This document shows positions 17,324 through 25,162 of a DNA stretch of 25,832 bases, one piece after another; positions within the stretch are counted from its first letter, which is position 1; each line of letters starts with the position of its first letter. The notes under the pieces are model-generated. The model was not told the DNA's origin, made no database searches, and saw only the letters and a program-made list of their open reading frames with translations. The DNA is from a virus (taxonomy: Duplodnaviria > Caudoviricetes). The stretch is taken from the IMG/VR virus record IMGVR_UViG_3300032295_001153, positions 1 to 25,832 of that record; one strand, 5' to 3'. The position numbers and the translations under genes are program-made.

Positions 17324-17763
17324 TAGTTGCACCAAGATTGTTTTGCATCGCCAAAGTATTCACGTGCGAATCCATTAGCTATTAATTGTTGACGTAAACT
17401 CTTACCGTCTAGTATTATATCACCTAGTACTCTACCGCCAAACTTATCCCAATCGTATAGAGTAACTTGACGTTTTTGACTAGTAGTGACTAGTTTCTTT
17501 GTAAATTCAGTAGCGGCTAATCCACGCTGATTTTCAGATTCACACTTAGCTCTGAATCCTTTTTCAGGAGTATCAACACCAAAGATTCTAACTGCAAGTT
17601 GTGGCTTTAACGGTGCAGGTAAGAATGGCGCCGCAATGACGATAGTGTCTCCGTCACTTACTTTGATAATGTTTGCATCATATGTGACGCCCTGAGGTGT
17701 CTTTTGTGCATACACAGTAGTTGCTACAAGTGCTAATAATAGTGTCGTTATAAATTTCTTCAT
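17323..17763 (-). CDS. Staphylococcal-nuclease (thermonuclease) family protein with signal peptide
   Basis: DGDT, VRIFGVDTPE, DKFGGRVLG, GFAREY; MKKFITTLLLALVATTVYA is a classic Sec signal, placing the start at 17763. Confidence 0.9.
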   Translation of the reverse strand: MKKFITTLLLALVATTVYAQKTPQGVTYDANIIKVSDGDTIVIAAPFLPAPLKPQLAVRIFGVDTPEKGFRAKCESENQRGLAATEFTKKLVTTSQKRQVTLYDWDKFGGRVLGDIILDGKSLRQQLIANGFAREYFGDAKQSWCN

Positions 17764-17780
17764 GTTGTCTTTCAAATAAA

Positions 17781-17892
17781 TGCTCACTTGAGCAAGAGTC
17801 TGGCGTAACTCTTTGCTAAGGCAGCAGCCGCCCTGTTGACGCCTGAGCTTACGCTCTAACCGATAGCGACACCGGCCCTAAGGTGGGTTCTT
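17781..17892 (-). ncRNA. Candidate structured non-coding RNA, family unassigned
   Basis: 63/110 G+C (57%) over 17781-17890 in an AT-rich window; GAGC-GUAA-GCUC GNRA hairpin; AGCAAAGAGU/ACUCUUGCU stem whose loop ACGCC complements upstream GGCGU. Confidence 0.6.
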
Positions 17893-17898
17893 ATAATC

Positions 17899-18888
17899 TC
17901 ATCTCTTATAGTATTGATTTAACACATTACTATTGAATCCAACATCAATGATTATAGGTTTTCCTTGATAGAGTCCCCAGTTTGCGGCTCGACCAAAGTC
18001 TGCTAATTCAACATCAAAGTTACTGTTTAGGTCTGCTAATATGTTAGCATATTCAGTCACCGTTTCAATATCTTGTTCACTTTTTCCTTTTTGTCGTAAA
18101 TAATCTACAAATCCTTGATAGGTTCCTAGATATTTCTTTTTACCGGTAATTGACCATGCCATACTAACTAACTGACTTAGGTTGTCACATTTTATAATAG
18201 CACATAATTGCTTTTCACTAGCCTTAGTAGCCATCTCAGTATGAACCCAAGTAGGTTCACGATTTTGCTCATCATAGTCAATCAATGGAATTAGTATACC
18301 CAACTGACTAGCATATCCATCACTTAATATATCTGCTTCTACTGAATTCTGCGCTAGTCCTTTTTGATTTTTAGCAATCTTTAATACAGTTGGACGACCT
18401 TGATATTCAATAACTGTAGCTACACGACTAGAACCAATACCTAACTTCTTTGCTCTTTCTAGTGCATAAGCAAGTCTTGATTTGAAACTTGTGCCTTGTT
18501 GACGCATTTGTTGAGGATCCCAATCAACGGGCAATGGCATCTCATCTAGTACTTCTTCTTCCCAAACATAAGCATCTTCACCGCGATGTTTATCCCAAAA
18601 ACCAGCGCCTGCTTTAGTTTGGCGGTGACTTCTATTGATGATGTAACCTTCACTCTTTAAAAAGTCATACATTGACTTAGCAATGCTACGATTACGATAT
18701 TCATCATTGACCCATAGATCCTGCGGATATAGTTCTTTATCTTCTTTAACAAACTTTACATATGCTAATTGTCCTTCTTTTGAAAATGCCTTTAATATTA
18801 AAGCATTGTCATTAAAGGCGTACGTCATACCCAAACCGTTGTACTTAGCGGATTTGGCTTCTTCGGTGATGAAGTCACTTGCTCTCAT
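17899..18888 (-). CDS. GNAT-like domain fused to a protein-kinase-like domain (329 aa)
   Basis: WVNDEYRNRSIAKSMY...QTKAGAGFW (GNAT-like); LGIGSSR, VLKIA, NSVE, ADFGRAANWG, IIDVGF (kinase fold); ATG 18888 overlaps the upstream TAA. Confidence 0.65.
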   Translation of the reverse strand: MRASDFITEEAKSAKYNGLGMTYAFNDNALILKAFSKEGQLAYVKFVKEDKELYPQDLWVNDEYRNRSIAKSMYDFLKSEGYIINRSHRQTKAGAGFWDKHRGEDAYVWEEEVLDEMPLPVDWDPQQMRQQGTSFKSRLAYALERAKKLGIGSSRVATVIEYQGRPTVLKIAKNQKGLAQNSVEADILSDGYASQLGILIPLIDYDEQNREPTWVHTEMATKASEKQLCAIIKCDNLSQLVSMAWSITGKKKYLGTYQGFVDYLRQKGKSEQDIETVTEYANILADLNSNFDVELADFGRAANWGLYQGKPIIIDVGFNSNVLNQYYKR

Positions 18889-19550
18889 TACTCGGCATTC
18901 CATCCAGCAAAGAAAGGATCGCTGATAACAATCTCTCCATCACTTCCTAACATGAAGTTACCGCTATGTAGGTCTAGATTTCCTAAACCTATTTTTCTAG
19001 CTACTTTTTTCAAGTCAGTAATTGTATCCCATAGTTTATTGAAACCATCTTCACCAACTAGTGTCATGAGTTTATTGAAATTGTCAGTGTTTTGCAGTCC
19101 CCAGTTCCTATTTTCATAGCTCTTTAAAAAGTCTTGTTTTTGTTTTGGACTATTACCACGCTCTGCTTTATCAGCAATATGTGATAACACATAATTCATG
19201 CCACTAGCACCTTTCGTGAATGGAAACAATCTTTCCATCTTAATCTGTATATAAGGCTTGCCTTCAAACTCAAACATAGTCCAGTCACTGAACTGAGGTA
19301 AGAATTCATTATCCTGATGTGCTAAACAATAATCAGCATAAGCTTTAAAAGTTTTTTGGCTTTTGGTTAACTCCATGCTACCTTTTTTAGCCATATGACT
19401 AGTTCCAAAGATTTTTAAAATCATACCGTCAGGAGCTAGATAAGCTGTTTGGTCAACACCCTTACCTAAAAACTTATACCCCTTCTTTTGAAGAATTGCT
19501 CTAATCTTATCACTGGTATAAGCTTCGGTTAATACTTCATTGACTTTCAT
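18888..19550 (-). CDS. Protein-kinase-like protein (220 aa)
   Basis: FLGKGVD Gly-loop, ILKIF, MERL hinge, DLHSGNFM catalytic loop, ISDPF metal-binding motif. Confidence 0.78.
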   Translation of the reverse strand: MKVNEVLTEAYTSDKIRAILQKKGYKFLGKGVDQTAYLAPDGMILKIFGTSHMAKKGSMELTKSQKTFKAYADYCLAHQDNEFLPQFSDWTMFEFEGKPYIQIKMERLFPFTKGASGMNYVLSHIADKAERGNSPKQKQDFLKSYENRNWGLQNTDNFNKLMTLVGEDGFNKLWDTITDLKKVARKIGLGNLDLHSGNFMLGSDGEIVISDPFFAGWNAE

Positions 19551-19987
19551 TCTCTTTCTTTCTTTAGAATACTACGAATGAACCAAGCTTTCTTGCCATA
19601 TATGTCTTGTAATTCAGCCATATAGTTTTCGATACCATGTTGATTTTCATTTGCCGCTTCATCAAACATTGCTGTTACTAACTGAAGCATTATTTCACAG
19701 TCTTGCAATGATTCAGCAAACATTAATTCAGCACGTGGAATCTTTGTTTGATCTTGTATGATACTTAGTTCTGCATAACGAGTCAAGCTGCCTGGAGTAT
19801 AGTGACCTAAGATTCTGATATACTCAGCAATACGATCAATAGTACCACTTACATCACCGTACAGTGTATCAAAGAATTCGTGGTATTGTGGGAAATCACT
19901 GCCCTCAACGTTCCAATGAAAGTTCTGCGATTTAATAGCAAAGCTTTGTGTGCTTGCCAATAGTACTTTTAAATTATCTGCTAACAT
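19547..19987 (-). CDS. dps: Dps/ferritin-like DNA-protection protein (146 aa)
   Basis: NFHWNVEG..F..YHEFF...Y.....DRIAE ferroxidase signature, KKAWFI; SD GAAGGA supports ATG 19987 rather than 20065. Confidence 0.92.
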   Translation of the reverse strand: MLADNLKVLLASTQSFAIKSQNFHWNVEGSDFPQYHEFFDTLYGDVSGTIDRIAEYIRILGHYTPGSLTRYAELSIIQDQTKIPRAELMFAESLQDCEIMLQLVTAMFDEAANENQHGIENYMAELQDIYGKKAWFIRSILKKERE

Positions 19988-22478
19988 TATTTTTTCCTTC
20001 GAATGCAATCTTCTGCACACGTTGTTGCTTACTTGTACGTTTAAAGGGTGCTGTCTCTTGTTCATATGTACCTGGGTACGGCATGCCTAGGTTCTCATCA
20101 ACGATACCCTTTTCAATAGCACTTTCTTGTTTGGGCTTTTGACCTTTTTTCTTCATGCTGATTGCAATTGCGGCTTGTTGAGCAGGGTTTGCGGCTTCAC
20201 GTAGTTGCTGAACCTTTTGTTCAGCAATCATCATTAATTTATGCAACTGCTCTACAGACTCACAATTCCATCTACGTAATGCCTTATTGATTGGGCTATC
20301 TGGATCTCGCTTAGTTTTCGCACTAGCACGTGACTTCTTCATGCCACTCATTCTAGCGCAGAAACTCTTACGGCGTTTAGCTGACTTAGAGCCTTTCTTT
20401 AATTTACTAGGCTTAGTAGTAACAGCAGTCTTTAATTTAGAACCAGGATTCTCACGGCGATATGCTTTCACAGCTTTACGACTCATGCCATCAGTCTTGT
20501 CTCTCTTGTTAGTTTTCTGCCAATCTTCATCTATATCTTCTTCTCCGATAGTACCAGCACTGGATGCATCAGTGGATGCACCCATTACCATACGTTCAGC
20601 TAATACAAGACCAATGAATATACTTGAACTGTTTTCCTTAAGGCTATTACCTAATGCTAAAGGTTTGTTAGGCTTTATCTCAACATCAGTAACATCATCA
20701 TCTTTATTAGGCTTTGATGGCTTAGTAGGTGTGTAACCTACTTGCTGACTTGTGTGCCATTGATTTGACTGTGGTCTAATTGGCTCACCAGTATCTTGGT
20801 CAAATTTATTACCTTGTGGACGAGGACGAGGCTCTTCTTCTGGTTCGTACTCTGGCTCTGGCTCTGGCTTTGGCTTCTCTGGCTTTGGCTTCTCTGGTTT
20901 AGGTCTATTCTGCTCACGTTCACGTTCTCTCTCTGCACGATCCTTATCTGATTCACTGGATGAGTGCTCACGTTCTCTACGAGCCTCGGCATGTTCTTTG
21001 TCTAGCTTGTTGATGTCGTGTTTGTTATTGGTGTTAATTGCTTCCATGTTATTGCGATGTTCTTTGTCAATAACAGTTAAGTCGTGTTTATACTTGTCAG
21101 CAATCTTTTGCATTTCGTCTTTGCGTTGTTGAATAGTTTCGGCACGTTGGAATGCAATTGCTTCATCTTCTAAACGTTCTTGGCGTAGTTTTTCACGCTT
21201 CATTTCGGCAAGTTCATCTGCCTTACGAATTAACTCAGCACGACCAGCAGTACCTATCTCTAATTCGTATTCACGGTCTTGTGATGTTAAATCAGAACTA
21301 TGTTTACGTTCTTGATATTTGGCAAGTGCTTGTCTGTAGACTTTATTTAAATCTAGCTCGCCTTTTCTTACATTGTATGGAGTATAAACGTCATCTGGAT
21401 ATGGTTTGCCGTTTTTTTGTAACTCACCGTTCAACCATCCTGTGTAGTAACTACCTAGTTTTTCTACTAATCCTGCATCCATTAATGCTTTGTATTTTTC
21501 ATTGACGGGTAACTTCTTCCAAACTGCTGGATCCATTAACTCGTCCGGCATATCTTCGAAATCTTCTTTTAAGCCCTTAGCATCATTGTTAAATTCTTTT
21601 TTAGTTGCTTTGACAATGCCACTGAAACGTTTGTTAGCGCGGTTTGTTAATTTTTGTGCCATGTCATGGTCCCCTATGCTTCTACTTGCTTGTGCTAATC
21701 TATCACTCTTACTAGCATCAGCACCAGCTTTTTGTTTATAGCTTGCTAATGTTTGTGGGCTTAGTTCATTGATTTGTTCATTAGCGTATTCTTCTAGTTT
21801 ACGCATGATTTGACGTAACATGATACTAATATCGCTAGTACCTAATTCTTCTGCACCTTCATGGAATCCTGCAACATCTAGTACAATGTCACCAACTACT
21901 TCATGACCATAACGCTTAACAACATCAGGATAACGTAGTTCTAATCTGTGAAACAATGTATCAGCTAAATCTTCTTGGCTGATACCTTCACGCATGATTT
22001 CTTCACCAAACTCTACGCCTTTGCTGATTGGTGGCTCATCACGCCATGGCTTCCAATATCCATGCTTGTGATTGTCAACATAATATACGATTGTAGTATA
22101 TGGCTCACCTTGTTCGTCAGGCTGTTTCTTTACTGTGTCAACAATCTTCTTTGCGCCCCAATGTGCATCATTAAACTTGTATATTTCATTGTCACCTTGA
22201 TGTGAGTTCTTAGCACGAACAATGAATGCACCGTTGTATCTTTCGCCATTAGGTGCAACACCTTCTTTATTGGCATACTGAACATTAACTTCTTTTTTGT
22301 ACTTAGACATTTCAGCATCTTGTTTACGGTAAGTATCTTGATATGGATCTTCTGGTTCAGAAGAATCAGGCTCAGCACGACTACGTGGCTTGCGATTTAA
22401 AGCATTGTAGTAATCAATGTCACTGTCGTAATTTTGAGGACTTACTTCATTGACAATAGCTTTTAGTATACGACTCAT
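19974..22478 (-). CDS. Large modular charged protein (834 aa), probable internal head polyprotein
   Basis: Short modules separated by [LIV]-x-E motifs; coiled coil, Pro/Glu/Lys linker, basic module RRKSFCARMSG...KALRRWNC. Confidence 0.75.
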   Translation of the reverse strand: MSRILKAIVNEVSPQNYDSDIDYYNALNRKPRSRAEPDSSEPEDPYQDTYRKQDAEMSKYKKEVNVQYANKEGVAPNGERYNGAFIVRAKNSHQGDNEIYKFNDAHWGAKKIVDTVKKQPDEQGEPYTTIVYYVDNHKHGYWKPWRDEPPISKGVEFGEEIMREGISQEDLADTLFHRLELRYPDVVKRYGHEVVGDIVLDVAGFHEGAEELGTSDISIMLRQIMRKLEEYANEQINELSPQTLASYKQKAGADASKSDRLAQASRSIGDHDMAQKLTNRANKRFSGIVKATKKEFNNDAKGLKEDFEDMPDELMDPAVWKKLPVNEKYKALMDAGLVEKLGSYYTGWLNGELQKNGKPYPDDVYTPYNVRKGELDLNKVYRQALAKYQERKHSSDLTSQDREYELEIGTAGRAELIRKADELAEMKREKLRQERLEDEAIAFQRAETIQQRKDEMQKIADKYKHDLTVIDKEHRNNMEAINTNNKHDINKLDKEHAEARREREHSSSESDKDRAEREREREQNRPKPEKPKPEKPKPEPEPEYEPEEEPRPRPQGNKFDQDTGEPIRPQSNQWHTSQQVGYTPTKPSKPNKDDDVTDVEIKPNKPLALGNSLKENSSSIFIGLVLAERMVMGASTDASSAGTIGEEDIDEDWQKTNKRDKTDGMSRKAVKAYRRENPGSKLKTAVTTKPSKLKKGSKSAKRRKSFCARMSGMKKSRASAKTKRDPDSPINKALRRWNCESVEQLHKLMMIAEQKVQQLREAANPAQQAAIAISMKKKGQKPKQESAIEKGIVDENLGMPYPGTYEQETAPFKRTSKQQRVQKIAFEGKNNVSR
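20851..20905. repeat. Coding tandem repeat encoding the PKPEK-PKPEK-PKPEPEPE linker
   Basis: TCTGGC x3 (20851-20868); 15-mer TCTGGCTTTGGCTTC x2 (20863-20892) plus a degenerate third copy. Confidence 0.8.
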
Positions 22479-23368
22479 TTTACTTTTCCTTCATTTCGTA
22501 CTGATGCTAGACCTTTATTAGGTTCTTGAGCAGGCTTAATAGCTAAACTCTTATTACCTTGATGTAAATCAACCATTTTACCTGAATCAGGACCACCGTC
22601 AATCACAACAGTTATTAATCCATTGTTCATTTTCATTATTCTTCCAATTTGATGTTCTTGTGGTTTGTTCCACATACCAAACTGAATCCATTTTCCTACT
22701 TCTAGTGGATTTGACATTTTGCTTTCGCCCGCCATACCACTACCAATAACGCCACCGGTCATTTCGTGCATCATCTTTTCATCGTAATATTCTTTTACTG
22801 CGTTTAGATAGTCATTTGCTTTGATGAGTTTTTCTTGTACCCAGCCTTCTAGACCTTCTTCTTCTGACCTATTTTTTAATAGTTCATATAGTGCTTTAGC
22901 GTTCTTCATTGTAGCTAGTACATCACTACGTGCCATTTCAACTTCATGGTCTACTCGGCTTTTCCCATGTTGAACAAAACCTGTTTTACGTTTCATTTTG
23001 CTACCAGGAATAACAATAATATCTTCTTCGTCTAATTTTGCTTCACTTACAGGCTCGGCTTTTTCTGGCTTGTTCTGCATTTCTTTGCGAACTTCTTGTT
23101 TTGTCTTGCCGTATTTCTTTTTGAATTCTTCGTCGGTTAATCCGTCTTTTCCACCTTTTAAGTCCATAGAAAGTTGCTTGACTTTACCTTCACTTAGACT
23201 ATTTGCATATGGGCCATTTTTCTTTGTTTTGCCAAACATGACTTTTTCTGCTGGTTCTAGACCTTTTACTTTAGGTCTTTTTTGTGTCTCGCCCATTGGT
23301 TTGGCGACTGTTGCAACTGATCCCGCAGTTGTCGCCATCTCACTTAGGATAATTTGATTGATTTTCAT
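22475..23368 (-). CDS. Modular protein (297 aa, MKINQIILSE...), probable internal head protein
   Basis: Start moved to ATG 23368, downstream of TGATAAATAC; helical module DHEVEMARS...LEGWVQEKLIKANDYL; several [LIV]xE sites. Confidence 0.72.
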   Translation of the reverse strand: MKINQIILSEMATTAGSVATVAKPMGETQKRPKVKGLEPAEKVMFGKTKKNGPYANSLSEGKVKQLSMDLKGGKDGLTDEEFKKKYGKTKQEVRKEMQNKPEKAEPVSEAKLDEEDIIVIPGSKMKRKTGFVQHGKSRVDHEVEMARSDVLATMKNAKALYELLKNRSEEEGLEGWVQEKLIKANDYLNAVKEYYDEKMMHEMTGGVIGSGMAGESKMSNPLEVGKWIQFGMWNKPQEHQIGRIMKMNNGLITVVIDGGPDSGKMVDLHQGNKSLAIKPAQEPNKGLASVRNEGKVK

Positions 23369-23390
23369 AGTGGAATTCCGAAATAATATA

Positions 23391-23400
23391 GTATTTATCA
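23391..23400 (-). promoter_or_regulatory. Putative T4-type late promoter (TGATAAATAC)
   Basis: Identical to 967-976; overlaps the upstream TGA stop; 22 nt before ATG 23368. Confidence 0.6.
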
Positions 23401-23928
23401 AAAGCCATTAGTATATACATTATAGAATATATAAGGACTAAGGTCAGTAGTCTTGGCTATAGTGGGAGTACTAATACGTACTTCCATAACATCTCCTCCT
23501 CCCAATTCTCCCATCTGCATACGTATGGGATAATAGGTGCCGGCAACCAAACTAGATGTGCCGCTTTGTTCTACGGGAGCGTGAAGCCCACCATTGTTGA
23601 CAGTAGCATTAGAGGTGGTGAAATTCTGTAGAGCGGTGCTGCCAATCCAAAGATAACTGGCATCATCACTAGTAGTATAAAAGGTGTAGGTTTCTGTAGT
23701 AGTAGCCAAAAAATATCCTAGCCACTGAACGCTGAATCCGTCGCCGTCGAATCCATCATTAATTGGACTAGTATTTACTGCTGAATCAACTAAGGTGGCT
23801 GTAGCGAACCAGTTCACATCATCAGCAAAATATCCACTGTATCTTCTGCGATATAAACCATTTTCAAATAAAGGTGATGCAAAAACTACACCACCTGATA
23901 TAGTTGATCCTGATATTGTTATTGGCAT
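23398..23928 (-). CDS. PA14-domain (carbohydrate-binding) protein
   Basis: FSVQWLGYF...YTFYTTSDDASYLWI...NNGGLH...LVAGTYYPIRMQMGELGG. Confidence 0.85.
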   Translation of the reverse strand: MPITISGSTISGGVVFASPLFENGLYRRRYSGYFADDVNWFATATLVDSAVNTSPINDGFDGDGFSVQWLGYFLATTTETYTFYTTSDDASYLWIGSTALQNFTTSNATVNNGGLHAPVEQSGTSSLVAGTYYPIRMQMGELGGGDVMEVRISTPTIAKTTDLSPYIFYNVYTNGF

Positions 23929-24452
23929 TATGATATCCTATATAGTTGTAGTTGGTCCCACCAAATACTTTGACCAGCACCACCTGCATCCGGACCGTCT
24001 ACCCGTATCTGCATAAATGTTGAAGATGGATTAGTTAATGTAAGTTGTAGAGATATCAAAGCCCAGGATGTTGTTGCAGTTTCTACACTAGCATTTAATT
24101 CAAGATATGTGCCGGCTGCGTTTGCGCCAAATATAAAGATACCTGCTTGTGTTGTAGTAGAAGCTTTAACATATACCGACGCCCTCCATGTTTGTCCCAC
24201 CGCCGCTGGAGCTATATTCCAATAAGTTCCATTGTATGTGTTTGTATACGGGTCATTTCCACTAACAGCCATTAACATAGGGATACCACCTGCAGGGCTT
24301 CGGCCAGTTACTGTGTCTCTACTTAATGTTGAACTATTAGCACCAGCCGGCCCCGCCCAAGAAAATATATCTAATGGTGAAGGGACAACGTTGGTATAGT
24401 CCCCCGTCATCATTCCCGTAGTTAATGTAACTCCGTCTAAACTTATTGTCAT
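23928..24452 (-). CDS. Carbohydrate-binding-module-like beta-sandwich protein (CenC/CBM4-9-like)
   Basis: GQTWRASVYVKA, TTSWALISL, IWWDQLQL pattern; Thr/Gly/Ala-rich. Confidence 0.6.
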   Translation of the reverse strand: MTISLDGVTLTTGMMTGDYTNVVPSPLDIFSWAGPAGANSSTLSRDTVTGRSPAGGIPMLMAVSGNDPYTNTYNGTYWNIAPAAVGQTWRASVYVKASTTTQAGIFIFGANAAGTYLELNASVETATTSWALISLQLTLTNPSSTFMQIRVDGPDAGGAGQSIWWDQLQLYRIS

Positions 24453-25162
24453 ACACCAAATTTTCCGCGCATTGCGTTGAAGTTTGTTGTGACTTGGCCA
24501 GCCGACAACGCAATGTTATAAACGTGTGCGGCTGCTATATAGCCTTGAAAAAATTCATTGGCAGCCGCATCTCCACCAATGTTGAACGGCATCAATGATG
24601 GTCTAAAGTCCGGGTTGTCTCCGTCTCGCAATCCGACACTAACGCCGTTGTGATACCAAGTCATATTAGTTCCGCCGCTTGATCCAGCGCCGTTCCACAC
24701 TGCACAGATGTATATCCACGTTGCTAGCGTAACCGTAGCAAAAACTTCTGCGGGGTACATCTCAAACTTTTGAGTTGTCATCTTGTAGAACTGCAATGGT
24801 GTAGTTCCTCGATTGCCCATCACAACGTCGCCGTCAAAATTTCGGTTGGCACGAATCCATGCTCCCCAAGTAAACCCTGTTGAGTTTGATTGGACGGGGG
24901 TTTGATAGGTAAATGATACACGGTTATTTGTACCGTTAAACGCAAACGTTTGAGCACCGGAAATTGTTGTATAACTCGGCGAGTTCACTAACGTTCCGTT
25001 ATTGCCATTGCCGCTTAAATCAAACCATGTTGTGCCCGATCCTGGATAACTAGATGAGTTCCCTGCATCTAAATTGAGTACTAGTCCAGTTTCAACGATA
25101 TTACCACCATCACTGATTGTTACACCACCTGATATATTTGCTCCTGATATTATAATTGGCAT
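24449..25162 (-). CDS. Concanavalin A-like lectin/LamG domain protein
   Basis: GLVLNLDAGNSSSYPGSGTTWFDLSGNGNNGTL, FTWGAWI, WIYICAVW, VYNIALSAGQVTTNFNA...FGV. Confidence 0.85.
   Translation of the reverse strand: MPIIISGANISGGVTISDGGNIVETGLVLNLDAGNSSSYPGSGTTWFDLSGNGNNGTLVNSPSYTTISGAQTFAFNGTNNRVSFTYQTPVQSNSTGFTWGAWIRANRNFDGDVVMGNRGTTPLQFYKMTTQKFEMYPAEVFATVTLATWIYICAVWNGAGSSGGTNMTWYHNGVSVGLRDGDNPDFRPSLMPFNIGGDAAANEFFQGYIAAAHVYNIALSAGQVTTNFNAMRGKFGV

Noticed and set aside
17781-17892. tRNA, CRISPR repeat or simple terminator
   Set aside because: No cloverleaf or T-loop consensus, no repeat-spacer periodicity, and more structure than one hairpin plus U-tract.
20558-20580. Short TGGATGCA duplication with an imperfect palindrome
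   Set aside because: Inside coding sequence, explained by the ASTDASS peptide; too short to support a function.
17764-23401. Longer N-termini from the ORF track (starts at 17787, 18903, 20065, 23401)
   Set aside because: Downstream ATGs give a signal peptide, an SD, a stop/start overlap or a position after the late promoter; the extensions overlap other features.
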